A stretch of 63,996 nt of DNA, filler included, from Atractiella rhizophila (GCA_021432655.1; 4 parts of 4 records of this genome joined end to end with filler, not necessarily neighbours in it), one strand, 5' to 3'. Numbered from the whole stretch's first letter, positions 25,532 to 37,957 are shown. Notes: generated by a model not told the origin, from the sequence alone. Translations and numbers: made by a program.

Positions 25532-26544
25532 AGTGCAGAAGGAGTGATGGAAGGAGGATTAGAGACGCGGGACAGTACGAAAGCTGTAATTCATTTGTCA
25601 GGTGAACGTACATCAATATCAAGGTTGATAAAACGAAACTAGCATGAGCAGTGCAAACTAGACTCGGCAAGTCATAATTAGATGCAGCAGAAAGAAAAGC
25701 GCTTCAGAATTCTCAGGCACAGAAAGCAAGGCGGACATGATTCTGGACAACCTGAAGAGATCTCTAGAATCTTGTGATTGTGAGGATTGTGACGAAAGTT
25801 CACAAACAAGAGTTTTGATAACTTTTGTAAACTCTGTTCTTTGCCCTTGCCACGAGAAGGGACATTCGCCAGGGGGTGCATAGAAAACTAGATATCTTCC
25901 GCCTTAGCCATGGGTACCACCCCACTCGCAACCTGATATTGCTTGAACCTCTCAGGCCCTTGTTGTCACTCCAACCTCCATAAACAACTCGATAGCTTCA
26001 AATCCTGGATGTCATGAACCTTTGATTAGCACAGATTCACAATAGAGCCTCTTCAACTGTTTTGACCTCGACTAATCTGAGGAGAGTGTCATTTCAAAAT
26101 ATTTTGGCACGCCTAACAAAAGAAGAGAACAGTGTAGTGTACGGCGTGTAGGAAGGCAACGGACTTCACCTGATCTCACAAGAGCTTCTCTCGAGACCAG
26201 CCAATTTTGGTTTGTACCTCTCATCATGCACCTTGAGCCATACTCTAGTGACCGGCAAACAGTGAGAGGAGTCAGGGAGGTTGGCGCACTCTGAAACAAC
26301 TTTCCCTCTTCGTTTGTCTACAACTTGAAGACGGGTAGATTAAGATTGCCGTGAAAGTGCTGTTTGTTTAACTTCAGCGCAAATATATCAAAACCTTTTG
26401 AGAGCACCAGTTCTCCATATGGTGGCCCCTCTTGGTATGACCAGACGTTGCGAACAGGGAATGTCATTGGTTCTCTGGCGATAGCTATCTTCTGTCATTC
26501 TTTGGCGCTCTTCCCAAAAATCCAACATATGCGAGCGGGTTCAT

Positions 26545-26700
26545 ATGCCCGAGCGTGCTCCCTGAAGACCACAACAGGTTCAATGCCAGAATCAGCGATG
26601 ATTTGAGCGGGTTCGAGAGACTGCTTTTGTTCTCGCTGAGAATAGTAGTCCATTCTTTGGGCAATCTCTTCTTCTTACCATTCATCAGGCTCATTCGTCT
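26545..26700 (-). pseudogene. Partial, disrupted paralog of the 24707-25531 gene
   Basis: Matches ~25335-25470 at nucleotide level (e.g. gagcgggttcgagagactgc..gttctcgctgagaatagtagtccattct). Encodes EEEIAQRMDYYSQREQKQSLEPAQII with an in-frame stop just upstream. Confidence 0.75.
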
Positions 26701-27586
26701 CTCCTGCTTCGACTGCTTCGAAAGATAACCGTTTGCGTATAATTCTATAGCCCAGGGGGGGGGGGGGGGCAAGAGGGCGACAAAGGCAATGGGCAAGCAG
26801 CCCATCCGACAAATGAACAGTCCTCAATGATGCCACAAGAAAGGAACTCACAAAAGGAGTTAGCGGAACAACAGACCTAATTACCTTCAGCGTCCGAAGT
26901 CAATAACTATCTATGACAGAGGTAAAATAGTTCAAAAGTTTCAAAACACAGGAATGGGCGATATTTCAAAGTATCTTTGGAATGACGTCCGAGAATGGTT
27001 TGCTTTGATATCTTTCTGAAATTCTGAAATGGTTGCACATTTGTTGAAACGAGATGCAGTGTAGTTAGACAAATCATAAGATGCTGAATGAGAATATATC
27101 CACTAGATGAGCAACATACTGAACTGTTCAGACTTTGAAAACTGTTTGAAGCACTCTCCTACTCCTCCTGCATCCACGCATCCACTAGTTTTACTAACAG
27201 CCCAGAAGGGGAGGAGTCTGGAGGGATAACTCCAAACTGGACAGGCTGCAACACGGTCTGGTCATGGAGACCATTGTCCTCAGAAGCTTTTTGGACGAAT
27301 ATATAAAGGGTATCGAAGCTGCAAAACGGTTGGGAAGGCTCACCAGATAGGATACGTATTCTTTATCTACTAGCAAGCCTTTCAATTTTGTGTCTTTAAC
27401 CATAATCCGACCGCCGGCTCCGCGGCATTCCGTCAGAGGTATTTCGCCTTGATTTCGCCATCTGCGCTCGAGGTTTACCATCAGCTTACCTTCTCAGCGC
27501 CTATAAAGCCTTCGCCCGCCCTCTCCCGCCACCCGCCTTCATAGCCAACCATCAGCACTGGATTCCCACACCCATACTCACTCGAC

Positions 27587-30500
27587 ATGCTCAAAACTTC
27601 CTCATTGGCGGGCGTACCAGCGCTGTCGCCTGCCCTCTTCTCGCCCCTCGACTTCCCAAGCACCTCTTTCCTCCCCTTCTATCCTGAAACCCCAAAGGTC
27701 TCGAGTCCGCCCCTGCCGAGTCCAACAAGCCCTAATCTGAACGGAGATGTGGACATGATCATGGAGGTCGAGGAGAGCAAGGTGCCAGTCAACAAGGATG
27801 GACAAGTGCCAGAGGGGACCCCGGGTGGAGACTGTAGGAGGCTATGTGGCAGACATCAACGGATGGCGGATAAGGGTCTCAGGGGTCAATTGCAAAAGGT
27901 GAGCTTGAATGCATTTCTGGTTGTGTGTAACAAACAGCTTGGGGTGCGGGGAACTATCTCCTTGCTTTCGTGTTTCTACTCTGCGTCTTCTCCTGAGAGC
28001 GCTTGTTGATACAATCTCTCCCTGTTACTTCGTGGCCGGAAGATCGGGATGACTGGGCATATTCTGATAACGCAGTCAGTCGTCTGGGCAATCAACTGCT
28101 ACTGCGCCGCCCAGAAGTTGACTTGCTAAGGCGAATTTCACATTGCACCATACCGCACCATCCCCAAAGCCATCAGTCTTTGATGAAACGGGGGTCCTTC
28201 TTTTTTCGATCATTCTGGATTCTCAACTGTGTTGACGTCCCAGAGTGGCGTTCCTATCTACTCCTCCGATTGTTCAAAGAGATAAGGTTAGGTTCATCTG
28301 CGAGGTTGAGATTGATGTGAAGCTTGGGCCGAAAGGAGGTCGTCTGCATCCTTCCTTCTGTCTATTGTCTTTCCGTTTACAGTACTGGTAACTGCCACAG
28401 CAGTTGCCCGCCATGGTTCAAATCGAGGGAGTCTGACTCGGTTGGCCAATGGCTATTGCGCGATTGCGCAATAAGGAACTAGAGCAACCCGTCGTTGTCT
28501 TGTTCTTCTACAGTTCTACTCCTGCCTTCTCGTTGCCAGTTGGGCAACTCTTTAAGCCGAGTCTGAAATCGAAATCAATGAGCGAAAGGCGCCTTGATTC
28601 TGGGGCATTGCGCAATATTACCCCGGACAAACGAGACTCCGCGTTTTGTGCGAACTTACACCGTTACATATCGGTGATTGCCCAGAGCAAATAACACCAT
28701 CAGTCGCCATTAGAACGTTACTGACTGTCATCGTTTCACCTTCTCCAGTCGATTGACAACCTTCCTTCCGAAGCCCAACAACGGATAACGAACATCTGGT
28801 CCCTCTTCTCGTCATCTCCCCGTCATCATCGCACCATCATCCTTTCCGGCATCCTCACCATCTGTTGTCCCTCCCAACTCTCCTTCCTCTCTACCCAACT
28901 TCCACTCGAAACACGCATCGGAGATCCGTTCGATCTCCTTCCTCGAGAGTTGTCCCTCAAGGTCCTCGGGTACCTCGATCATCTGAGCTTATGTCGGGCA
29001 GCGCAGGTGAATCGGATGTGGAGAGCGCTGGCGGACGACGATGTGCTCTGGCGTTTCATTTGCGAACAACACATCGAGAAGCGATGCGTCAAATGTGGAT
29101 GGGGACTTCCGCTACTCGAGAAACGGAGGAGGGAGAGGGAGAGGATGCGAAAAACCCTCACGGAGAAAGTTCGATCCAGCCTCCTCCCTCCTCTTCACGC
29201 CGGAATCGTAGGTTCCAATTTAGCGAACCTCTCCATCTCTCCGCCTATAGCTGCATCAGCAATGGACGTAGCCCGCCCACTAAAACGTCCACGGATTGAT
29301 GACGGTTATTCCGACCTCTCCTCCCCTTCGAACGTCACCCCAAATTCCTCCCGTCCGTCTTCCCCTGTGTCCTCCTTCTCCCGTCCACATCCACTTCCAG
29401 CCTCCTCTCTTTCGTCTTCCGACTGCCTAACGCGACCGTGGAAGTCGGTCTACAGCGAAAGATTGGGGATAGAGCGGAATTGGCGAAGCGGACATTGTAG
29501 CGTTCAGGTCCTGAACGGGCACACGAATGCGATCACCTGTCTACAAGTCGAAGAAGGTCTCACCCATCCAAACTTCCCCATCCTCATGTCAGGTGGCTGG
29601 GATCGAACTGTGCGGATTTGGAATCTCGAGACGGGAGAATGTCTGAAGGTCCTCAAAGGACACACGAGGGGAATTCGCGCGTTGCAGTTCGACGGCGTCA
29701 AGCTCATCACTGCGAGCATGGATTCGACTCTCAAGATCTGGAATTGGAGGACGGGAGAGTGTATTCGCACCCTCGAGGGTCATAGAGAGGGTGTGATCAG
29801 TTGTTGTTTCGATGATGAGATCCTCGCTTCTGGTAGCGCCGATAGTACGATCAGAATTTGGAATTTCGCCACCGGCGACTGCTTCGTCTTGAGAGGTCAC
29901 ACCGAATGGGTAAACTCGGTGAGGATTTGGAATAGCAATTCGAATGCGAAGGGGTGTGGTGGCGTAGGTGCGAATGGGGCTGGAGCGGAGAAGGAGAAGG
30001 CGGACGATGCTCTCGCGGGAAAGTTACTTTTCTCGGCGAGCGATGATGGGACGATTCGTGTGTGGGATTTGAAGACGAAGGAGTGCATTAGGAAACTGGA
30101 GGGACATGTTGCGCAGGTACAGGATATCAAGGTGTTCAGTTATAACCCGGATGAGGAAGAAGAAAGAACGAAAGTTATCCCTGAGCGAAAGAAGGACGAG
30201 ATGGAGACTGAAGGCGAGGATGAAGGGGAGGACGACCTTTTCAATGTGCCTGATGGCAGTGCCTGCTCCAGACCGCTCATTTTCCTCCCACCATCTCAAC
30301 CGGCAACAACACCTGCTTCCCGCTGTACGGCCAACAACAACCCTTCTTCTACTCGTCCTCGTCGAACGCCATCACCGCGGCGCCATTCTCCCCTGCCTAT
30401 TTCACCCTTCGGTCCCAAACCAAAAGTAGTTTCTGCAGGTCTCGATAATACCATCAAGATATGGAACGTGGAAGAAGGTCGATGCGAAAAGACGCTCTTT

Positions 30501-30872
30501 GGACACATTGAGGGAGTGTGGAGCGTCGATGTCGATCGACTCAGATTGGTGAGCGGTAGTCAGGACAGGACTGTGAAGATTTGGGATATGGATATGCGGA
30601 AGCCAGTGCACACTCTGGTCGGACACACCGCTGCAGTTACATGTTCCCACCTGGCGGACGATAAAATCGTCACTGGTATGCATTCCCTTCTGTTAGAAGA
30701 GACGCAAGCGCTGATGAAGGTTGGAACAGGGTCTGACGACCAAAAAATTAGGATATGGTCTTTCTCCCCTCGATCCATTACCAATATCATGACCGCAACA
30801 ACTTCAACCTCTTCTGCCATCTCCACTGCATCTTCGTCCTCCACAACAACTTCAACTGGCGACGCAAGTTAA
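27587..30872 (+). CDS. MET30: F-box/WD40 sulfur-controller protein (MET30/SCON-2/SconB ortholog)
   Basis: LCGRHQRMAD..QLQK|SIDNLPSEAQQRITNIWSLFSSSP..ILSGILTICCPSQLSFLS; F-box LPRELSLKVLGYLD; CEQHIEKRCVKCGWGLPLL; RPWKSVYSER; WD40 repeats. Intron 1 spans 27899-28748. Confidence 0.93.
28455..28616. promoter_or_regulatory. Cluster of bZIP-type palindromes in MET30 intron 1 (candidate Cys3/MetR sites)
   Basis: ATTGCGCGAT 28455-28464, ATTGCGCAAT 28463-28472, AAGGCGCCTT 28586-28595, ATTGCGCAAT 28607-28616. Confidence 0.45.
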
Positions 30873-31327
30873 TCTCCCTTTCAATGCTTATACCAGATTT
30901 CGTTGTCTATGATTGTGCTTTGGTGTCGTAGTCTGTAACTGCATTCGCTTTCGTCTGGTCTTGTTCCTGTTGGCAGTATTGTGCTTGAAATTTAGGTCGT
31001 GTAATGTTATGCACAGCTTCCTCTCCTCACAACCTTGAGTGCCGCGACAAACCAAACCAATGTGTTGTAAGTTAGGTGCCGTGAGAGCGATTGTTTAGTA
31101 TCATATAAATTACTGACAGCTGAGAATATAAAGTTTCTCTCCTTGTTTACCCGCAGTAGAGCTTGTTTGCTCCATCCAAAAGAGGAAAGGGTCACAGTTC
31201 GGCCCTTGCGACATTCTTTCTGCAATTTGCGTCACGCCGTTTAAACGAACCAGCTCTACTCCCATCTACACCCATTTACATCTAGACGAAACTCCTTCCC
31301 GCTTTCTCCATTGAACTCGATTCCAGC

Positions 31328-32212
31328 ATGCTCCGACTCGCAACACGTCGTTTGCACACTTCCGTCCCTCGTCTCGCCACATCAATCGATGGACCCATTA
31401 TCCCAGCCCCAACAGCGACTTCAACTGCTTCCCTTACAGCGGAGGGAGATAGCAATGCGACTTCTGCCGTCACTCCCCCAAGAATGACACATCGTCAGAG
31501 AGCACAGTTGCAAAAGATGTTGGCGAAGAGGAAGGCCATGCTTGTCTCGAAAGGACGGCCGGAGACAGGTGCGTTCTACTTTGCTTTCTTCTTTACTGGG
31601 CTAGGTTGTAATTGCGGTTTATGACGCGTCGCTCTGAGTAGAATATTGGACTTGGTTGAGGGGCTTTGAGAACAATGCGCCTGAGGTTTGGGATGTGGCC
31701 CAGAAATTGAGAGAAGAGGTTTTAGGTGCTTATTCTGTAGATATTAGGTGCGTTGCTCTATCCTCTGCTCAGACGATCCCGCGTATTAATTATTACATGG
31801 CAATCAGAGAGGGGTTACCGAGTTTAGAGTTGATGTGGAAGATGCAAGAGTGGGTTTGTTCTGTTTTGCGAGCAAGAGTTGCTATTGACGTCGTAATATC
31901 AGAATACCGGCGATTCACACACTTTCCCAACGTCTCCTCCTCCTCCTCTCCGCACAAGGACATTCCACAACACCCAACACCCTCGCATCCATATACGGCT
32001 CTTACATCCACTCACTAACTTATCGCGCAATGACGCTACGTCGAGATCAGCTATCGTCCCTACAGGAGAAGATTGAGAAGCTCCAACCAAAGTTTGAAGC
32101 TGTTGTCGAGGAGAGGAAGAGCGAATTGAAAGAGTTTAATAAGAGGGTGGAGGAAGCGTTGGAGAAGGAAGAGAGGAAGAAGGAGAGGAAGGCAAGGAGA
32201 AAGAGCTCGTAG
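31328..32212 (+). CDS. Hypothetical protein, probably mitochondrial, with coiled-coil C-terminus
   Basis: MLRLATRRLHTS presequence-like start; short introns link the ORFs through to KKERKARRKSS*. Confidence 0.65.
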
Positions 32213-32776
32213 ACACACATACGTTAATGTTGACCCATCATTGTCCCCTCTACTGCATTTGACCGTCTTGCATTGCAGGAGTCTGTATGATGCAGAGCAG
32301 GTTGTCCCTCATCTCGCGGAATATATCATACTTTCCCTTTCCCAATCTGTCTCGGCATATACTGTGCTCTAGCTTGTTCACCGACAGCGCAACCCTTCAC
32401 AAAGGATCCGAAGACTCATGAATCACGCCATGGCTGCCAGAACTTGGAAAGACAGGAAGTTCGCGAGCTTGTTTTGGGGATTCTCACGTGCTGAGTCACC
32501 TTAAAGTAAAGGCTGCTAAATACCTCGGTGTCTCTACTGGCCACAGTAAACGGCTGATAGTACGCTGTACAACGCTGCAGCTTCAATATTTCAACTTCTT
32601 AGTTTTACGAGCCCGTTCTACAGGCTGTGGAGCTCGACCTATTCTGTTGTGGCAGTTGACATCTTCCATCCTCTTCGAGACACTCTTTCAGATTTTCATG
32701 TGAGTTGTCGCTTCCTTAAACTGGCACCTTGTCATCCTGAGAAAGCCATAAAGCACTCAGCGCAGCGGCCCTCGAA

Positions 32777-35010
32777 ATGGCGCAAACACTCGATGTGCTT
32801 CACAACCACCAACCGGCTACGCTCATTGTTGGACCGGACGGGTTGAGGATCAAAAGCGAGGGGAAAGTAGGTCACGGATCGAGTGCGTATTCTGTGCCGT
32901 GTTATTCTGTGCCGTGTTATTCTCTCTTCACATGAACATAACCGTCTGATGAACTCCAAGACGTTATAGATAACATCCTTTCAGCTTGTCTGCCGTCTTC
33001 AGGTCCGTCCTTCCTGACAACACATGCCACTCTCTTAGGAAGTTGGTCTTGTTAGGTTCTGGCAAGGAAGACTTCTACGCCTTTGCACACATTCTCAATT
33101 TGAACGTCGAAGACCAATCTCGCACGATCACTCTGCATGCATTTGCTTCTTTAAAGGCTTCCAAGCTATCTGTCCTTCGCTTCAACATACCTGAGAATTT
33201 GAAAGATGCCGGGCTTGAAGAAGCGAAGAAGTTCGCGAACCACATTCTAGAGCTTGCTTATCAGGGTGAGGTTTAATTTTTCCAACGTTCATCATGGCTT
33301 ATGCGCATTCCTGAAAGGGGCAATCGCACCTCCTAACAAGAGGAGTATTCTTTTCATTGTCAATCCATTCTCAGGCCAGGCAAAAGGACAAAAAGTCATT
33401 ACGCGCATCCTTCCATGGTTTAAGGCGGCTGGGATCGCTGTTAAAACGGAGCGTGTGTCCCACATTTTTTCTCGTTGACGATAACATTGAAAGGAACGGA
33501 AGTGACCAAACACGCTCAACATGCCTCTGAGATAGCGGCCAAAATGTCTCTTGACGAATATGACACCATCACCACTGTCTCTGGCGACGGATTAATCTAC
33601 GAAGTCGTTCAGGGTCTTGCTAATCGACCGAAGGATGCATGGAAGGCTTTAAAGACGATAAACTTCGGAGTCATACCAGCAGGTAACCGTTCATGCTCTC
33701 TTCTGTCGCTCCACTATTCCCTATCCATGGCCGGACGGTCTAATCGAGACATTGTGCAGGCTCAGCAAATGCCGTCTCCGTCTCTATGAGAGGACCGGTA
33801 GAGACCAGGAATATGGTAGCTAGTGTTCTTGCTGTCATCAAAGGTGAGATTTGCCAAACATCTATGAACGACCATCATTCCTTAGGAAACCGGGTTAGGG
33901 AAAAGGACTTCGCTCGGCCTGAGCGTGGTCACTACAGGGACAAGAAGGATCTACTGCCTACTATCCCAAGTGTATGGCATCATCTCTGACCTTGACATCG
34001 ATACCGAACACCTTCGGTACAGTCTCCTTGATCTCGCTCCGGAAGACGGATTGACCTAGTGTGAGTGCAGATGGATGGGCGAGTCGCGTTTCGTTTATGG
34101 TTTCATCCGTGGAGCCCTTCAAAAACGACACTGCGATGGCATTTTAGAAATGAAGCTTGCACCAAATGGAGGGAATAAGCGGGCTATGCTCGAAGAGTTT
34201 CTGCAGAACGGGAATAAGAAAAATTTGGACGAGTCAGACTTACATCCCGTCGACCAGGACAATGAGGAGACTTGGAAACTCCCTGCGCTCAAATACGGTA
34301 CAGTGAACGATCCTCTCCCTGAAGCTGCCGCCAAGAAGCCGTTGATCACAACAACGACACCAATTGTTTCTGACGACGCAAACAGAAAGAAGCAGTTAAA
34401 TGGAGAAGACGGAAGGTGGCTCAGGTTGGACCTTAGTATGGTTTCCTTGATGGCAGGCAAGCTACCCTACCTCGCATACAACCTCATGGCCTTTCCACTC
34501 GGCAATCCTGCTGACTCGTATATCGACGTGCACATAATACCCAAGGCGAATTCGGTAGGGGAGATCCTTTCTTGTCTTGATGGGACTGAGGCTACCGGAG
34601 GCACCTTCTGGAAGGACACAGTAAGCTCCTCCTCAATTCTTCCAATTGCATCTCACTCGCGCGTCCGTGCCCAACAGCAATCCTACTACAAAGTAGAAAT
34701 GTATCGCTTCACGCCCGTGAGAAGTTCCTTCCGCTTTGGGTAATATTTCTTTTGCCGCTGATGATGTGAAACAGAAAGCGGTACCAAAATTCCATAAAGG
34801 AGAGATAGCACCAATCGCCTTTGATGGGGAATATCTCAAGCCTTACGAGGCTTTTCAGGTGGAATGCCTGCCAGGAGCGCTTCAGTTCCTGACTGTACGA
34901 CACCTCTCCTGCGTCTGAGATAATGTGCTTTGCTGACGTTATTTACCAAGCTCGACGGATGGTACCTCCCTCCGGATCACACGGAACAAATCAGTAAACT
35001 GGAAAAGTAA
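32777..35010 (+). CDS. Sphingosine / long-chain-base kinase (LCB4/LCB5-like, DAGK domain)
   Basis: IVNPFSGQAKG, TVSGDGLIYEVVQGL, GVIPAG|SANA, DLDIDTEHLR|WMGESRF, IAFDGE; ends LDGWYLPPDHTEQISKLEK*. Confidence 0.9.
32888..32923. repeat. 15-bp tandem repeat (tattctgtgccgtgt x2.4) in kinase intron 1
   Basis: Read directly from the sequence. Confidence 0.85.
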
Positions 35011-36108
35011 TACGTTAGCTTTGAAACTCCAGGACTTGTCACACCTCACAGAGGGCCGTTCTTTTGGATTTGTTTTGCTTGCGATTTGATAGTCAGCTAC
35101 GGTAATAATCGGTGTCATTCATCACGCAGGATCAGTTATTTATGATAACATATCCCAATCATTCGTTCAAAAAGCAAGCAAGTCTCACGCAATAAGACGA
35201 ACAAAGAGAATTTTGAATCAAGAACAAACCCGAAAAGAGGAAGGATAAGTAAGCGACGAGAATACGAGTACAATTGCTGATTACACAAGATTTATCCTTC
35301 CAACAGAGCGTCGTAATATAACTCAGCAGCGATCTCACAGTCTAAAGGTTCGCACAGAGGTAATGTATCCGTCTAAGCACTGCAGTTGAGAATCTGAGAA
35401 GCAGATATACTAATTGGATAGAACGTGGATCTAAGAGTTGGGTTTCGGCCGTGAGGAATCTGTTGATGATTCTGAAGATACCATCTCGTGACTGCGTAGA
35501 TGATGATTGAGAGCGAGAGGGGGATACGGCGATGCTGCGTTGCGTGCAGCTTGGCGAGAATTTGTGGCAGGCTGGTCCTCCATGCTCTGTTTACGATTGC
35601 GAGAGGCAGCAGCGCGTTTTGAGGGATCTTTTGTTCCTTTCGCTCGATTGCGCTTCTTGACGATGCCGGTATTCAGACTCAATGGGCGATCCACGCCATG
35701 AAGATTGCGGAATAGACCACAACTGAAGAGAGACAAAGTTAGCTTAAGACCACTCTCGCAAAAGGAACATACGCATTGCAAAGCGGACGACCTTCCGCAT
35801 CACGCCTCCAAAGAGGTGTGTTCTAGCAGTCATCGATTTGAGTACAGCTCCTCAGAAAGTGAGGGGATACGCACAGATGTTCTACAGTTCCCACAAACCA
35901 TGGGTATATCGGAACTTGAATTCTTATCCGAAATCCTCGCAGCAGCTACTTTCCCAGCTAATGACACTTCGCCAATGGAGTTAGACCTCTTCTTGCTCGT
36001 GCCTTCACCGAGATCTTTATTACTGGACAATTTCTCTCCTGCTTTCGATTTGCTGTCCGTTATACTCGACATTGCTAAACTGGCCTTATTTGGGAGAGAA
36101 CCCCGTTT
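34297..36108. repeat. Tandem duplication B, unit 1 (1812 bp)
   Basis: Runs ggtacagtgaacgatcc...gagagaaccccgttt and is repeated at 36134-37957 after an A25 spacer. Confidence 0.95.
35431..36108 (-). pseudogene. 5'-truncated duplicate of the GATA factor's zinc-finger exons
   Basis: Copy of 37276-37957, truncated at the poly-A junction. Confidence 0.85.
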
Positions 36109-36133
36109 AAAAAAAAAAAAAAAAAAAAAAAAA

Positions 36134-36842
36134 GGTACAGTGAACGATCCTCTCCCTGAAGCTGCCGCCAAGAAGCCGTTGATCACAACAACGACACCAA
36201 TTGTTTCTGACGACGCAAACGGAAAGAAGCAGTTAGATGGAGAAGACGGAAGGTGGCTCAGGTTGGACCTTAGTATGGTTTCCTTGATGGCCGGCAAGCT
36301 ACCCTACCTCGCATACAACCTCATGGCCTTTCCACTCGGCAATCCTGCTGACTCGTATATCGACGTGCACATAATACCCAAGGCGAATTCGGTAGGGGAG
36401 ATCCTTTCTTGTCTTGATGGGACTGAGGCTACCGGAGGCACCTTCTGGAAGGACACAGTAAGCTCCTCCTCAATTCTTTTAATTGCGTCTCACTCGCGCG
36501 TCCGTGCCCAACAGCAATCCTACTACAAAGTAGAAATGTATCGATTCACGCCCGTGAGAAATCGCTTCTGCTTTGGGTATTCTTCCTTTCGACACTGATG
36601 ATGCGAAACAGAAAGCGGTACCAAAATTCCATAAAGCAGAGATAGCACCAATCGCCTTCGATGGGGAATATCTCAAGCCTTACGAGGCTTTTCAGGTTGA
36701 ATGCCTGCCAGGAGCGCTTCAGTTCCTGACTGTACGACATCTCCCCTGAGATAAGTGTGCTTTGCTGACCGTATTTACCAAGCTCGACGGGTGGTACCTC
36801 CCTCCTGATCACACGGAACAAATCAGTAAACTGAAACAGTAA
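36134..36842 (+). pseudogene. 5'-truncated duplicate of the sphingosine kinase 3' exons
   Basis: GTVNDPLPE...ISKLKQ*; no 5' half. Confidence 0.85.
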
Positions 36843-37957
36843 TACGTTGGTTTTGAAACTCCAGGACTTGTCACACCTCACAGAGGGCCGTTCTTTTTGG
36901 ATCTGTTTTGCTTGCGGTTTGATAGTCAGCTACGGTAATAATCGGTGTCATTCATCACGCAGGATCAGTTATTTATGATAACATATCCCAATCATTCGTT
37001 CAAAAGCAAGCAAGTCTCACGTAATAAGACGAACAAAGAGAATTTTGAATCAAGAACAAACCCGAAAAGAGGAAGGATAAGTAAGTTCTTGCTCAACGAG
37101 AATACGAGTACAATTGCTGATTACACAAGATTTATCCATCCAACAAAGCGTCGTAATATAACTCAGCAGCGATCTCACAGTCTAAAGGTTCGCACAGAGG
37201 TAATGTATCCGTCTAAGCACTGCAGTTGAGAATCTGAGAAGCAGATATACTAATTGGATAGAACGTGGCAATGATCTAAGAGTTCGGTTTCGGACGTGAG
37301 GAATCCGTTGATGATTCTGAAGATACCATCTCGTGACTGCGTAGATGATGATTGAGAGCGAGAGGGGGATACGGCGATGCTGCGTTGCGTGCAGCTTGGC
37401 GAGAATTTGTGGTAGGCTGGTCCTCCATGCTCTGTTTACGATTGCGAGAGGCAGCAGCGCGTTTTGAGGGATCTTTTGTTCCTTTCGCTCGATTGCGCTT
37501 CTTGACGATGCCGGTATTCAGGCTCAATGGACGATCCACGCCATGAAGATTGCGGAACAGACCACAACTGACGAGGGACAAAGTTAGCTTAAGAGCAGAC
37601 CACTCTCGGAAAAAAACATACGCATTGCAAAGCGGACGACCTTCCGCATCACGCCTCCAAAGAGGTGTGTTCTAGCAGTCACCGATTTGAGTACAGCTCC
37701 TCAGAAAGTGAGGGGATACGTACAGATGTTCTACAGTTCCCACAAACCATGGGTATATCGGAACTTGAATTCTTATCCGAAATCCTCGCAGCAGCTACTT
37801 TCCCAGCTAATGACACTTCGCCAATGGAGTTAGACCTCTTCTTGCTCGTGCCTTCACCGAGATCTTTATTACTGGACAATTTCTCTCCTGCTTTCGATTT
37901 GCTGTCCGTTATACTCGACATTGCTAAACTGGCCTTATTTGGGAGAGAACCCCGTTT
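36134..37957. repeat. Tandem duplication B, unit 2 (1824 bp)
   Basis: Near-identical to 34297-36108 with scattered SNPs and indels. Confidence 0.95.

Noticed and set aside
28376..28390. TACAG acceptors as METTL16 (UACAGARAA) SAM-sensing sites
   Set aside because: The following bases (TAC, TTC) do not match the nonamer.
28415..28426. GGTTCAAATC B-box/tRNA-like word in the MET30 intron
   Set aside because: No A-box or cloverleaf around it.
36109..36133. A25 as a retroposon poly-A tail with target-site duplication
   Set aside because: The flanking repeats are 1.8 kb, retain introns and are diverged; no element body is present.
35705..36598. 297-aa ORF with poly-Lys as a novel fusion protein
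   Set aside because: Chimera of antisense GATA sequence, the A25 junction and duplicated kinase exons.
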